From: a virus | Direction: 5' to 3' (one strand) | IMG/VR virus record: IMGVR_UViG_3300035661_000053 | Coordinates: 1-64,000 of that record | DNA length: 64,000 bases | Shown: positions 29,311 through 38,884 of the stretch, in pieces | Numbering within the stretch: the stretch's first letter is position 1 | Layout: the number at the start of each line of letters is the position of its first letter | The notes under the pieces: generated by a model | What the model saw: only the letters and a program-made list of their open reading frames with translations | The model's database searches: none | What the model was told of the DNA's origin: nothing | Program-made: the position numbers and the translations under genes

Positions 29311-29572
29311 TCGTAGGTTCTTTGTTTATTCGTTTAATAATTGACACTAATTGCGCGTTTACTTCTTTTGGCCCCGGGGTTATTTTACCAAACCATTCTA
29401 TCCTGCCATAAAGTAAAAACAACTCAAGCATTTTATCGTCATCCAAAGTAAGCAGAGACAAAGACTCGTCATCCATCATGCCTATGACACCTGTCATAAT
29501 ATCATCATTGTCCATTTTGGCAATAGCATGATCGCCTACTTTTAAGTATTTTCGAAAATACCGTTCATCCAT
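29279..29572 (-). CDS. Hypothetical protein, possible Sm-like/SH3 barrel
   Basis: G.HAIAKMDNDDIMTGVIGMMDDESLSL pattern. Confidence 0.45.
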   Translation of the reverse strand: MDERYFRKYLKVGDHAIAKMDNDDIMTGVIGMMDDESLSLLTLDDDKMLELFLLYGRIEWFGKITPGPKEVNAQLVSIIKRINKEPTNDNDNENDNR

Positions 29573-29856
29573 TAGGATAGCCTGCAAGTGAAGATAATTG
29601 CTGTCCTTATGTCCCCTGAGATAGATACCTCCGTGAAACCGATTCGGGTGTTTATCGTTTTAGCCTTTTGACCGCATAAACCACCTGCTATAGCGATAGC
29701 TTTAACCGTTTGGTTTATTGACTGAAGACCTATTGCTGTTAGTGTTATGCACTTGAAGTTGTTGAATTCTGAAAAAATTGCTATAGCCAACTCTTTCGCG
29801 TTCGTGCTTCCCGCGACGCGCATTTCTTTTATTACTTCTTCTTTAACGTCTGACAT
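29572..29856 (-). CDS. spoVS: SpoVS family protein
   Basis: MRVAGST..., AIG..SINQTVKAIAIA, F.EV.I.G..RTAI. Confidence 0.85.
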   Translation of the reverse strand: MSDVKEEVIKEMRVAGSTNAKELAIAIFSEFNNFKCITLTAIGLQSINQTVKAIAIAGGLCGQKAKTINTRIGFTEVSISGDIRTAIIFTCRLS

Positions 29857-29901
29857 GTGATACTTTCAATTTTTGTTTCTCAAATATACAACAGATTTTC
29901 A

Positions 29902-30405
29902 TTATAGCTCTTTTATTCCCAATCTAACAGTCAATATTCTGCTTGCCAATTTGTAAGCCCTGTCGCAAGACTCGAATATAGATTTCAGCATGATATACCG
30001 GCCATTGGCTTTATTGTAGACTTCTTCTGCCTGCCTGTACTTATCGCTCGCCCTCACGGCATCCTTTCGCTCGTTCAGCGTCCCATCCTTCGTACCCATG
30101 AGAACAGAGGTTGTATGAGCAAGTTGTGAGTCAGCCACACCCCTGATAATTTCCATTTGCGCAAGTAAGCTACCATAAAAATTCTGGTAACCAATAAAAA
30201 TTGTCATGCATTTCTCAAGATACTGCAAGTCCCTTTGATACATGGTAGCAACGTGGTTCAAAAAATACGCGATCTCAATAGTAGGCTTAGAAATGAAATC
30301 AAGCTGATTCATCGCGGAAACAACCTCCTCTTGCTTGTGTAAGTCCTCGTAGGATCGAACAACTACAATAGGTTTTGGTATTTGTGACACACCTTGTACT
30401 TTCAT
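29902..30405 (-). CDS. Helical hypothetical protein, possibly a UvsY-like recombination mediator
   Basis: Helical pattern, C-terminal LASRILTVR; recombination context. Confidence 0.45.
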   Translation of the reverse strand: MKVQGVSQIPKPIVVVRSYEDLHKQEEVVSAMNQLDFISKPTIEIAYFLNHVATMYQRDLQYLEKCMTIFIGYQNFYGSLLAQMEIIRGVADSQLAHTTSVLMGTKDGTLNERKDAVRASDKYRQAEEVYNKANGRYIMLKSIFESCDRAYKLASRILTVRLGIKEL

Positions 30406-31211
30406 ACAGTTCCTTTCGTAATTTTTTTAATAGCATCCAATGTTTTGCACTTCATACAGTGAATAGCATAGGGGCAGTCCAGGTACATACCTTCCCCCGC
30501 GAGGCATTCCTGAAGAATTTTCACGTACGTTTTCCCGTTTATAAAATCTGTCGCCGTCTTTGCCAGAGCCAACATAGCATTCACGATTTTCATATCCGGC
30601 TTATCAAAAAAGAACTCCTTCATCGACTGATCATTCTTGTTAAAGAAAAGGATACAACCACGAACCTTTAGTGCGTACATGTATAAATTTATTTGCCCAA
30701 TATATTTAGGGCTTATATCCGCAATAGTATTCGTACTGCGGAATTTCTCCGTTCGCTGTGTCTTGTAGTCAATAACATACAAGTTACCATCCTGCAAGCG
30801 GATAACCTGATCCGCCGTACCACCAATATTGTAATCTTTCAAGGACTCAATAGGAACATCACATTTAGCAGTACTATCATAATTACGCATATAGCTTTCT
30901 TGAATTAACGCGTGAATAACATGACCAACATCAAAGATAAGCTCCAGTTTAGAGTCCTTCCGACTTTCCTTTTTCAAATCCATGTGTCGCAATTTCCCAC
31001 GTTCATCAGCCAAGCCGAATCCCATTTTTCTGGGACAGTCCCCATACATGCTAGAAGGATGAAAACCTTTAAAGGAACCCCGGTTAATACTAAAAGAAAA
31101 AGGTTGTATCTTATCTCGATTTTCGAGATACGTGTAGATTAATCTGATCATTGACACGTTTGATGATCTCGCTGATTTTGGATTCGTTGTTAGAAGGTCT
31201 GATAATGCCAT
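30402..31211 (-). CDS. Cas4-like PD-(D/E)xK exonuclease
   Basis: HPSS..DCPR, GTAD, IDYKT, QINLY, C..CPY..C. Confidence 0.85.
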   Translation of the reverse strand: MALSDLLTTNPKSARSSNVSMIRLIYTYLENRDKIQPFSFSINRGSFKGFHPSSMYGDCPRKMGFGLADERGKLRHMDLKKESRKDSKLELIFDVGHVIHALIQESYMRNYDSTAKCDVPIESLKDYNIGGTADQVIRLQDGNLYVIDYKTQRTEKFRSTNTIADISPKYIGQINLYMYALKVRGCILFFNKNDQSMKEFFFDKPDMKIVNAMLALAKTATDFINGKTYVKILQECLAGEGMYLDCPYAIHCMKCKTLDAIKKITKGTV

Positions 31212-31404
31212 CTTTTGTTATCTCTGTTATTGTTAAAACTTTTTTTGGTTTATTCTTTTCGCTGATTAAAGCGCGTAGAATAGCGTCCACTATTAGGTCC
31301 AATTCTTGAAAGGAATATTTCTGCAAACGAAGTACTAATACCTGCTCAACCCTCAGGGACACCATGTACTTTACTTGTAGGTATATCGCGTCTGATCGTC
31401 CCAT
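31198..31404 (-). CDS. Hypothetical protein
   Basis: 5-prime part of ORF 31111-31404 fills the intergenic gap; the remainder overlaps the Cas4-like gene. Confidence 0.35.
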
Positions 31405-31407
31405 ATG

Positions 31408-32514
31408 TTACCCTTCTTTTATTTGCCGTAGAGTGCAACGCTTTAGTAATTTGTCATCCCGAAACCCAACACTATTATCAATTCGGGGGTGGAAAAGTTT
31501 CTCACCTGTCCAGTGCTTGTACTTTACTGTTATTATTCGCCCCAAGTACGCGTTAGGGTGGTTAGTCATGTCGAGTCTGCGGTCGTTATCTATGCCCGCC
31601 ACATTACCAACGCTAATAATTTGCTCCTGCTTTATTAGACGCTTTACTTCACTAGGTGTTATATAAGTTCTGTTATCAAGAACCCTTGCTGCCTCCTTAG
31701 TTAACACGCCTATTTGAATAGCACCCACCTGTCCAGTATACTTGTTCTTCCCGGGTGTGAATCCTGTGATAATAACATCAATGTTTCTTTGCTTCAAGAC
31801 CTTTAGTGAAAGCCGGCTATTCAAATCCTTCACGACAAAGCCCTCGTACTTGAATTTAGGAGAATCCACAATCTCCTGAAGAGCAGCAAAGTAATCACCA
31901 GTAATACTTTTTGATTTACCAAATGCGTTTAGCACCGACGCGACAGGTTGTGAGCTAACTATTGCAAGCGTACCCTTAATGCTTTTCAATTTATCACCAA
32001 AGAAGCCTGCTATGGGTAGTGGGCTATTCTGAAGATTGTCATTCAAAAGACCCAGATGATTCTCAACATCACCATAAGTCCTGGACATGAAGGATTTACC
32101 CTCGAAATAAAGAATATCGTGCACGACAAGTTTAAGACCATGACCATAGGGAAATTTTTCAGCAAGAGTCTTTGCGCTACTGTTCATGATGCCCGCAACG
32201 AAGCCACAGATGACACCTTGCTCCTTGCCTAAGTGTTCCGCAACAGCCTCGGCAACAAGTATGGTCTCTTTCGTGCAGGGTATAGTTTCTTTTTTTAAGG
32301 TGGGAAAGCAGGATAGCTTCTCGTTTAAACCAGTAGTTTTTTTAGATTCACGTTTACTCGTAAGCCCGTATACTCTTTCATTTTCAACGTGAACATGGTA
32401 AAGAGCCCCGTTGTACTTCAAATTTACAACAAGATCATCTATCGCGTATTTTGTGTAGTCCGGGGTGAGACCACCCACGCCACCAAAAATTATTTGTCGT
32501 ATTTTACGCGCCAT
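31408..32514 (-). CDS. ATP-dependent DNA ligase
   Basis: KYNG (motif I), HDIL, YEGFVVK, C-terminal OB fold with HP and RDDK; likely start MARKIR. Confidence 0.85.
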   Translation of the reverse strand: MARKIRQIIFGGVGGLTPDYTKYAIDDLVVNLKYNGALYHVHVENERVYGLTSKRESKKTTGLNEKLSCFPTLKKETIPCTKETILVAEAVAEHLGKEQGVICGFVAGIMNSSAKTLAEKFPYGHGLKLVVHDILYFEGKSFMSRTYGDVENHLGLLNDNLQNSPLPIAGFFGDKLKSIKGTLAIVSSQPVASVLNAFGKSKSITGDYFAALQEIVDSPKFKYEGFVVKDLNSRLSLKVLKQRNIDVIITGFTPGKNKYTGQVGAIQIGVLTKEAARVLDNRTYITPSEVKRLIKQEQIISVGNVAGIDNDRRLDMTNHPNAYLGRIITVKYKHWTGEKLFHPRIDNSVGFRDDKLLKRCTLRQIKEG

Positions 32515-32589
32515 GAAAATTTCTCCGAATTTGTTTGTAGTGAATTTTAGTACCTCAAATATAAGAATATTGAGGCAAATAATCAAAAG

Positions 32590-32868
32590 TTATACCTTGA
32601 AATCAAAGACCATTTGTAGGTTATCCCGGATACCCTGCAAAGCTGTTCTTGTTGCAACCAGAGTAGCGAGTTGAAACCTCAATTCTGCCGCCTTTGATTC
32701 ATTCCCCTCATTCTGAGACAAAGCCACCAGTTTGCTTTCTGCCATAGAAAGATTGTCCACGATATTCACAGCAAGAAGGCTGTCAAATTGCTTAACGTGA
32801 TACTTTACAACTTTATCAGTCATTTTACTTTCATCTATTGCAAAAAATTTGACCATTTCTTGCATCAT
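32590..32868 (-). CDS. Hypothetical protein
   Basis: 92-aa helical ORF. Confidence 0.6.
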   Translation of the reverse strand: MMQEMVKFFAIDESKMTDKVVKYHVKQFDSLLAVNIVDNLSMAESKLVALSQNEGNESKAAELRFQLATLVATRTALQGIRDNLQMVFDFKV

Positions 32869-32873
32869 TTGTT

Positions 32874-32909
32874 AAAAAATAAAAGGGAAGAAGAAATTCT
32901 CCTTCCCTT
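32874..32909 (-). terminator. Intrinsic terminator
   Basis: AAGGGAAG-gagaatttctt-CTTCCCTT followed by a T-run. Confidence 0.7.
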
Positions 32910-32925
32910 CATCAAGGTATGGGTA

Positions 32926-33078
32926 TTACGTGGAGAGTTTCGCGATTGCTTTCGCGTTTCTTTCAAGAGCTTTTGTTACCATCTTGATAGACTTTTCGAG
33001 CCTTTTCTTTTCAGCGTTAAGCTCTTTGAGTTTCGCTTTTGTTTCCGCGGGTGTTAGTTTTTTAGGCATATTTGCCAT
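32926..33078 (-). CDS. 50-aa basic coiled-coil protein, absent from the ORF track
   Basis: MANMPKKLTPAETKAKLKELNAEKKRLEKSIKMVTKALERNAKAIAKLST; AAAGG upstream; followed by a terminator. Confidence 0.65.
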   Translation of the reverse strand: MANMPKKLTPAETKAKLKELNAEKKRLEKSIKMVTKALERNAKAIAKLST

Positions 33079-33120
33079 CCTTTCTGTTTGTATGATTATA
33101 GAACTCCTGCTACATGCAGT

Positions 33121-33315
33121 TTATAAACCTTCATCCTTCTTGTAGCCGTGGCATGATGACTTGATATACTTCCCATATTGCATATCATGTTTTTTTGTCC
33201 AAACACCAGGGCGTATTTTGAGATCACAATTTATTTTTGGTTTATTAATACCCTTAAAAGTCTTATTTGCCAACACCAAAACATACTCACAATCCAAGCA
33301 ATCAATATTTGCCAT
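33121..33315 (-). CDS. Small Cys-containing hypothetical protein
   Basis: CLDC...C...C. Confidence 0.55.
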   Translation of the reverse strand: MANIDCLDCEYVLVLANKTFKGINKPKINCDLKIRPGVWTKKHDMQYGKYIKSSCHGYKKDEGL

Positions 33316-33974
33316 TAAAAGAGTCTCCCATGCTTATTTGGTCTTGTTTGATTGTACCAATGCTTAATCTCAAAGACCTTCGTTATAGGGAAATAACCCT
33401 CCATGTTTGTGCTTATGTTATCGATAAGTTTACAAAAGCCATTTATTTGTGCAATTGCTGAAGTCCTTGAAATAGGGACTATATTAAGATCAATAAGCTG
33501 CCGGGTTATTGACAGCATGAAGGAACTTAAATCAGCAACAGTAAACTTTAAGTAATTCCTGCTGAAAGGTACTTGCTTTTCCATCAGGATGCCAAGTTTG
33601 CGTATGTTATCAATGGCTTGCTCCTCAATGCCGAATTTATCGAGCAGATAACCAAGAAGACCGAGCAACCTCACTTGTATATCAACAATTTCTTCTTCAA
33701 CAGTTCCCTTAACATGCATAGTGTAACCACGTACGCAGTATTCTTCCGGGGTGGCACCTAATTCATGCTCATCGTCAAGAAAATTCTTAAGACGTTCCAA
33801 GTCCAAATAAGAGCCACGCCGCATTGCCTCAACAACCTCACCAACCTCAGTGAGAACGAGGCATAGATGAAGATCAGGAATCATATCCTCCGGAGCTAAG
33901 AAGCCCTTTTCCCGCAAACCTGCATAAACCATTTTCGTGGCTTGATAAATATTTAGTGTATTAGGCTTGTCCAT
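33315..33974 (-). CDS. MazG-like NTP pyrophosphohydrolase
   Basis: TEVGEVVEAMR and EEEIVD motifs. Confidence 0.75.
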   Translation of the reverse strand: MDKPNTLNIYQATKMVYAGLREKGFLAPEDMIPDLHLCLVLTEVGEVVEAMRRGSYLDLERLKNFLDDEHELGATPEEYCVRGYTMHVKGTVEEEIVDIQVRLLGLLGYLLDKFGIEEQAIDNIRKLGILMEKQVPFSRNYLKFTVADLSSFMLSITRQLIDLNIVPISRTSAIAQINGFCKLIDNISTNMEGYFPITKVFEIKHWYNQTRPNKHGRLF

Positions 33975-34425
33975 TTACCCGTTCTTTCCGGGCTTGCCGC
34001 CGCATTTTTCTTTCGTTGAGGTATCGTTCGTCTTTTACAAGTTTAATTGGTGAATAGAGAGACTTAAGATACTGTTCTTCTTTCTTGTACTCCAAGACAA
34101 TTCTATCACTTCTCCTGTTATCAATTTCGGAAAGAATCAAGCGTGGCTGCTGTAGAAAGTACCTTATACACGCGCGCAGTTCCCGGTAAATACGAAAAAT
34201 CAAAAGTTCATCATTGCCATAACGCCCAATCGCGTACCCATCACGAGATCGCTTATATCGATCTAAGATAGAAGCTTTATACTGTCTGCCAATGACGACC
34301 TTAGCAGTCCCTTCCCGGACGCTATCGCTGTACTGTTTGAATATCTCATCTAAAGGCTGAACGCCTACTGTTTCTATAGCTTTTGTTTGCATTGAAAAGA
34401 ACCTTATATTGTTTGAAGTGACCAC
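33961..34425 (-). CDS. Hypothetical protein
   Basis: Operonic ORF. Confidence 0.6.
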   Translation of the reverse strand: MVTSNNIRFFSMQTKAIETVGVQPLDEIFKQYSDSVREGTAKVVIGRQYKASILDRYKRSRDGYAIGRYGNDELLIFRIYRELRACIRYFLQQPRLILSEIDNRRSDRIVLEYKKEEQYLKSLYSPIKLVKDERYLNERKMRRQARKERVNGQA

Positions 34426-34748
34426 ATCTTGTGAATTAAACCTTTTGCATGAGGAAAGTTTAAGAGTAGTATAGGAATCTTACCAACACGTATAGCATCC
34501 TGCTCTAACTTAACAAGCATATCAACGGTTATAGTTATTGAATTCGTGGTGAGAGCAGATTTAATATCCATAACCTGATCGCCTTTTATCATATCGCCTT
34601 TAAGGAAAGGAGTTGAACCTGAATTAGGTGTCTGTTTCGCGCCTAGCTTTTTTGCAATAATTTTCTCTTGCTTATTTGCCTGCTTTTTAATGCTATCCCT
34701 ATCGGATAGACTGAAGAGTTTTTTTTCTTTTTTTGGTGTGGGTATCAT
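34404..34748 (-). CDS. Hjc-like PD-(D/E)xK resolvase/nuclease
   Basis: QEKIIAKKLG..TPNSG...KGD...DIK. Confidence 0.7.
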   Translation of the reverse strand: MIPTPKKEKKLFSLSDRDSIKKQANKQEKIIAKKLGAKQTPNSGSTPFLKGDMIKGDQVMDIKSALTTNSITITVDMLVKLEQDAIRVGKIPILLLNFPHAKGLIHKMWSLQTI

Positions 34749-36058
34749 GTTGCCGCCTGTTCTACTTTTGTAAAGCATTGTTCCATCAGGGCAGCTGCCA
34801 AATCAGGGCGCTCGTCAAGAGCCTTTGCAAATTTGTCTGCACCCTGAAAACGATCATTCTTGTAAGTATACCACGCTCCCGCCTGCTTCACAATGCCAAG
34901 CTCAACGGAGACGTGCACAACGCTTAAGTTATTTACGATGTCATCCTTCAATATAGAATAGAAGAACTTTCCATATTGCCACGGCTTCCCGGTTTTGTTT
35001 TTAAGAATAGTGAAATTTATCCAGATACCCTCGATGAGTCTTTTCTCCTGACTTATCCAAACCTTTTCTCCGGCAGTGAAATCTATCGTGGTTGAGGAAC
35101 CATACTTAAGACCACCACCCCCACCCATAACACGAGAGTCACCATATGCGCCGATTTTCTCGCGCCATTGCTGAATGACAACAAGGATAGGCTCCGCCTG
35201 CTTCCGCACCTCAACCATCTTACCCTCCTTATCACGATACACGAAATCAAACCTACTATTAAGACGAGAAGTAAGCACACGAACAATCTTGTTCCATATG
35301 CGTGCCTGCAAACCTTGCTGGTAATCCTCAAGAGACTTTTCAGATTCCTCCTTACCACCTATTGCATCCACCGAATCAACACCAACGAAAGTAACTCGCC
35401 CGGTGTTAAGAGCCTCACGCATGACATCACCAACCTGCTGACTGTGTTCAGGATTAAACAAAACTACATTGTTATGCACGACACCGAATTTAGTCGCCCA
35501 TTCTCTTGTATAGTTATGTTCAGAATCGACAAGAAAAAATAAGGAATAAGACGGCTCACTACAATGTGAACATTCAATGTCATACTCGAGAGCATAAAAA
35601 GGCTTCTTGTGGTGGAATTTTTGATTGGGGCAATAGATGTTCTTCTTCTGGTGATTAGCGTAGTACTTCTTGGAGATGACAGTCGCGGGGTCAACAACAA
35701 CCTTCTTGAAATTCTTCTCCGTAATATGCCCCTCAAGGCAGGTGCCACAGATTCTTTGAGCTATTCCAGCGCCTATGTACATTGTTGTGGATTTTGTACT
35801 GCTCGCGGCTCCTACCAAAATATGCCAACGACCCCTCGTGTACCCACCTATCTTTATATCAATGGCAAAAATCCCCGTTCGAGACTTGACCATTTTAATG
35901 TCAGAGCCCACGCGTATAACCTCATCCTTGTAGGCGAGATTAACCGTATTCATGAGTCTGTTTTTAACATCCTCCGTGGTTTCTGTCTTTAATTCGTCTT
36001 TCTTTCCCGCCGTTGCGGGTTTTTTGCCTTCTATCTTCTTCGCCATGATTTTCTTCAC
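34745..36058 (-). CDS. recA: RecA/UvsX-like recombinase with zinc-finger insertion
   Basis: DIKIGG..RGR, GAASSTKS, VDSEH, VDSV, QAR, GGGGLKYGS, KNK, QAGAWY, FQG. Confidence 0.88.
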   Translation of the reverse strand: MKKIMAKKIEGKKPATAGKKDELKTETTEDVKNRLMNTVNLAYKDEVIRVGSDIKMVKSRTGIFAIDIKIGGYTRGRWHILVGAASSTKSTTMYIGAGIAQRICGTCLEGHITEKNFKKVVVDPATVISKKYYANHQKKNIYCPNQKFHHKKPFYALEYDIECSHCSEPSYSLFFLVDSEHNYTREWATKFGVVHNNVVLFNPEHSQQVGDVMREALNTGRVTFVGVDSVDAIGGKEESEKSLEDYQQGLQARIWNKIVRVLTSRLNSRFDFVYRDKEGKMVEVRKQAEPILVVIQQWREKIGAYGDSRVMGGGGGLKYGSSTTIDFTAGEKVWISQEKRLIEGIWINFTILKNKTGKPWQYGKFFYSILKDDIVNNLSVVHVSVELGIVKQAGAWYTYKNDRFQGADKFAKALDERPDLAAALMEQCFTKVEQAAT

Positions 36059-36069
36059 TTATAAGTTAA

Positions 36070-36195
36070 TAAAAAGACAACCTCTGCATCAGATGTTAGC
36101 ACATTCGCGTGACTATTGTGAAATATTCGCGTGGCCTTTATCCTGACAACGTATTCCCGAAGAAATTGCTTCTCCACGTTTCCAGAGGTCTCTAT
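36070..36195 (-). other. Structured intergenic element, candidate cis-regulatory RNA
   Basis: Closing stem ACCTCTG/CAGAGGT, inner AACGT/ACGTT and GAAG/CTTC stems, CACGCGAAT direct repeat, T-tail. Confidence 0.5.
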
Positions 36196-36202
36196 TTACA
36201 TA

Positions 36203-37570
36203 TTAGTCACGTTCTTCAAGGAAGGTCACCTTTTTCTGTAGGGCACCTTGCGTAAGCGGAGCAAGGTCTTCAGATAATTTCTGAATAGTGCCTTCTGCTT
36301 TTTGCTCCGGGGTTAATTTAACCCGACCTTCAAAAGTGAAGATGTCCCCAGTTGCGTAGGATTTCTCACCTGTTGTGCGTTTAATGCGGAATTTCAAACC
36401 TTCGAAATTTATGTTCTCCTCACCTCTAAGAGCGGCGGAAGCGACTTCCTTCAAAAATTCGTAATTCTGCTTAAAAACCATAAGCCGAATAGAATCAGTT
36501 ATAGTTTTGTTGTCCTTATTCTTATACGGCGTATGATCAATTACCTTGAACGCACGAGCAACATAAGCACGAGAAGTTCCGGCTTCACAGATAGGACAAC
36601 GCTTGCCCATCGGGGTGATGCAGGTCAACGTGTCATATTTACCGCCTATTTTAACAGAGTGCTCCTTAAAAACAAGCGGTTTTGGAGATATAATCGTGAT
36701 ATGCTTAACACCGCCTTTTTCGAGCCATGTACGGAAAGCTTTACGCTGTTCCTTGTTGTCCTCAACAAAAGTGTCTTCTTCTTCACCTGTGGCGAACCAG
36801 CTGCTCGTTTCGGTATTGTATTCTTCGTCATCACCACCTTGTACACCGGGTGTTCCAAAAGGGTCTGTATCCTCATCCTGCTTCTCACCACCGCCCTGGA
36901 GAGCTTCTTCAATTGCGTCACGGAGTTGCTCGTCTGTCATTCTCGCGATACCAACAATATCAAGCTCGTTATCAGAAACGAAAGCTTTGAGTTGCGCGCG
37001 ATCAAGGAGAGATAGATCAACGGGTTCGGGTTCCTGCTCCTCATCCTTATCCTCCTCCGGGGATTCGGGGGTCATGGCTGCACGAATAGCGGCACGAAGT
37101 TCATCCTCATCCATTTTTGCAATACCAGTAATTTCCAATTCCTTATCTATGATAAAAGCCTTGAGACCTTTTTTGTCCAGATCGTCAAGGTTGTCTGCTT
37201 CTGGTTCCAGCTCATCATCTAACTCCTCGTGATTCATGGTATCGGGATCAATGATGTCATCGTCTGAAGGCTCAAAACTATCAACCTCAACAGGGAAATC
37301 ATCAGCATCAAGCTCTTCCTTTTTGCCTTTGGTTTTCTTTTCGGGTTCAGGTTCTTTCACCTTTGATTTAGTGGGTGTCCCCGCAGCAGTCTTCTTGCTA
37401 AATGTTGTGGCATCAGCAAGGGTGTTAAGCTTGACTTGTTGCACAGAACCATCAGCCTCCCATTGCACCTTTGCAACCTTGCCAACAACGGCAAGTACTT
37501 TGCCGTAAATGACCTTTTTCTTCCCATCCAAAATGCCTACACGTGTACCTTTTTTAATATCATTAGCCAT
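36203..37570 (-). CDS. gp32-like ssDNA-binding protein with N-terminal extension
   Basis: C-terminal H...TC....CPICE and IKRT; two Rho-N-like helical repeats; acidic linkers. Confidence 0.65.
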   Translation of the reverse strand: MANDIKKGTRVGILDGKKKVIYGKVLAVVGKVAKVQWEADGSVQQVKLNTLADATTFSKKTAAGTPTKSKVKEPEPEKKTKGKKEELDADDFPVEVDSFEPSDDDIIDPDTMNHEELDDELEPEADNLDDLDKKGLKAFIIDKELEITGIAKMDEDELRAAIRAAMTPESPEEDKDEEQEPEPVDLSLLDRAQLKAFVSDNELDIVGIARMTDEQLRDAIEEALQGGGEKQDEDTDPFGTPGVQGGDDEEYNTETSSWFATGEEEDTFVEDNKEQRKAFRTWLEKGGVKHITIISPKPLVFKEHSVKIGGKYDTLTCITPMGKRCPICEAGTSRAYVARAFKVIDHTPYKNKDNKTITDSIRLMVFKQNYEFLKEVASAALRGEENINFEGLKFRIKRTTGEKSYATGDIFTFEGRVKLTPEQKAEGTIQKLSEDLAPLTQGALQKKVTFLEERD

Positions 37571-37575
37571 GTTCC

Positions 37576-37800
37576 TTATCCTTCTTTGTGTGAGTTTATA
37601 TTTTTGCGTTTTACACGCATTAGTTTATCAATCTCAGGTTTCATTTGTGTCTCCACGAATGCTTTCGCACGCAGAGCGGCTTGCTGCGGGGTCTCCCCCA
37701 ATTTGCAATCCGTTGCATAAGCTATCTCTATGTTGACAGGTTCATACTGTGTAACTTGTATCTTTTGTCCAAACGTTACACTAACTCTATCGGCGGGCAT
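37576..37800 (-). CDS. Hypothetical phage protein
   Basis: V.VTFG.KI...QYEPV.IEI pattern, typical of small phage proteins near SSB genes. Confidence 0.65.
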   Translation of the reverse strand: MPADRVSVTFGQKIQVTQYEPVNIEIAYATDCKLGETPQQAALRAKAFVETQMKPEIDKLMRVKRKNINSHKEG

Positions 37801-38293
37801 TATCTTCTTCCTTCTTCTGCTTAATTTTCAAAATAGCCCACTCTTTTCTGAGTGTTTCAAAAAATACCGGCAAGTCCCTGTTTGTTCGGACAATTTTAGT
37901 CCAAACCCTTTGAATGAGGATTACTTGCGCTTTCGTGTAATATCTCATTTTGTTGTAGATTACAGGCTTCGGGAAACTGTTACTTTTCTCCCAAAGCTTG
38001 ATTGTCGCGGGTGTCCTATCTATGAGCATAGCTACATATGATATTTTCGCGCATTGGTGAACAATCCCATTTATACGCAATTTTCTCCAAATACGCTTTT
38101 CCTGCTTGTATATCTTGCGAAGTGCTCGCTTCTCATCCTGCTTCCTTCGCGTGTTTTCACTTACGCGCTTTTTTTGCGCGTCACGAAAAATGGGATCAGT
38201 CCTATAACGCATTCTCGCGCGGGCAAGAATCTTATGTTTATTCTTGTCATAATAGGTTGTCTCAGAGCCCTTTGAGGTATTCAGTTGGGGCAT
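37787..38293 (-). CDS. MerR-like HTH DNA-binding protein
   Basis: VAMLIDRTPATIKLWEK...P..RYYT..QV. Confidence 0.7.
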   Translation of the reverse strand: MPQLNTSKGSETTYYDKNKHKILARARMRYRTDPIFRDAQKKRVSENTRRKQDEKRALRKIYKQEKRIWRKLRINGIVHQCAKISYVAMLIDRTPATIKLWEKSNSFPKPVIYNKMRYYTKAQVILIQRVWTKIVRTNRDLPVFFETLRKEWAILKIKQKKEEDNARR

Positions 38294-38780
38294 TTGACAC
38301 CATCCTATGGAGTTGTTTTTCTGTTAATTTTGCTCGATTCGCGAAAGCCTCAAAATTTGAGGCTGTAAGTTTACGCTTAACGGTTAAGCACCCAGAAGCA
38401 ATGAGGTTTTTTCGTAATTTAGGGGACAAGCTTTCCATATCTACTATATACGTTAAGTCATAGACCTCAGAATCCTCGAGTCCTTTCTTCTTGAGATACT
38501 CGTCAATTTCTGGCTCATCAAACGTGTAGTTATTACGAACACTCAGGGTTATATGGCCTGAATCTGCTTCAATAACACCTTTCGATTTTTTAGCCCTACG
38601 TATGAGTTCTTCTTTCGCTATTCCCTCATACAAATCAATGAAAGTTCGCATTTTATGAAGTGTGTCAACGATGCTATCAGCGGTAGCTCTTTTAACCGCC
38701 TGTTGCATCTGATCTTTAGTCTGCTTGAGGAAATCGAGAGAGAATACCTGTCTAACAATAGTTGACATTTTTTTTGTCAT
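38262..38780 (-). CDS. Hypothetical phage protein
   Basis: 172-aa ORF with AGGAG RBS. Confidence 0.7.
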   Translation of the reverse strand: MTKKMSTIVRQVFSLDFLKQTKDQMQQAVKRATADSIVDTLHKMRTFIDLYEGIAKEELIRRAKKSKGVIEADSGHITLSVRNNYTFDEPEIDEYLKKKGLEDSEVYDLTYIVDMESLSPKLRKNLIASGCLTVKRKLTASNFEAFANRAKLTEKQLHRMVSNAPTEYLKGL

Positions 38781-38884
38781 TAGAAGCTCCTATGAAATAA
38801 ATGAAATAATGATACAAAAGTGGTTAATTTTGTTTATTAAACATAGTACTTTTTTAAATACTATCCAAATAAAAAATTAAAAAA

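Noticed and set aside
36070-36195. SAM-I or c-di-GMP-II riboswitch
   Set aside because: Only short fragments (GTGCTAA, GGAAACGT) resemble them; the core motifs and architecture are missing.
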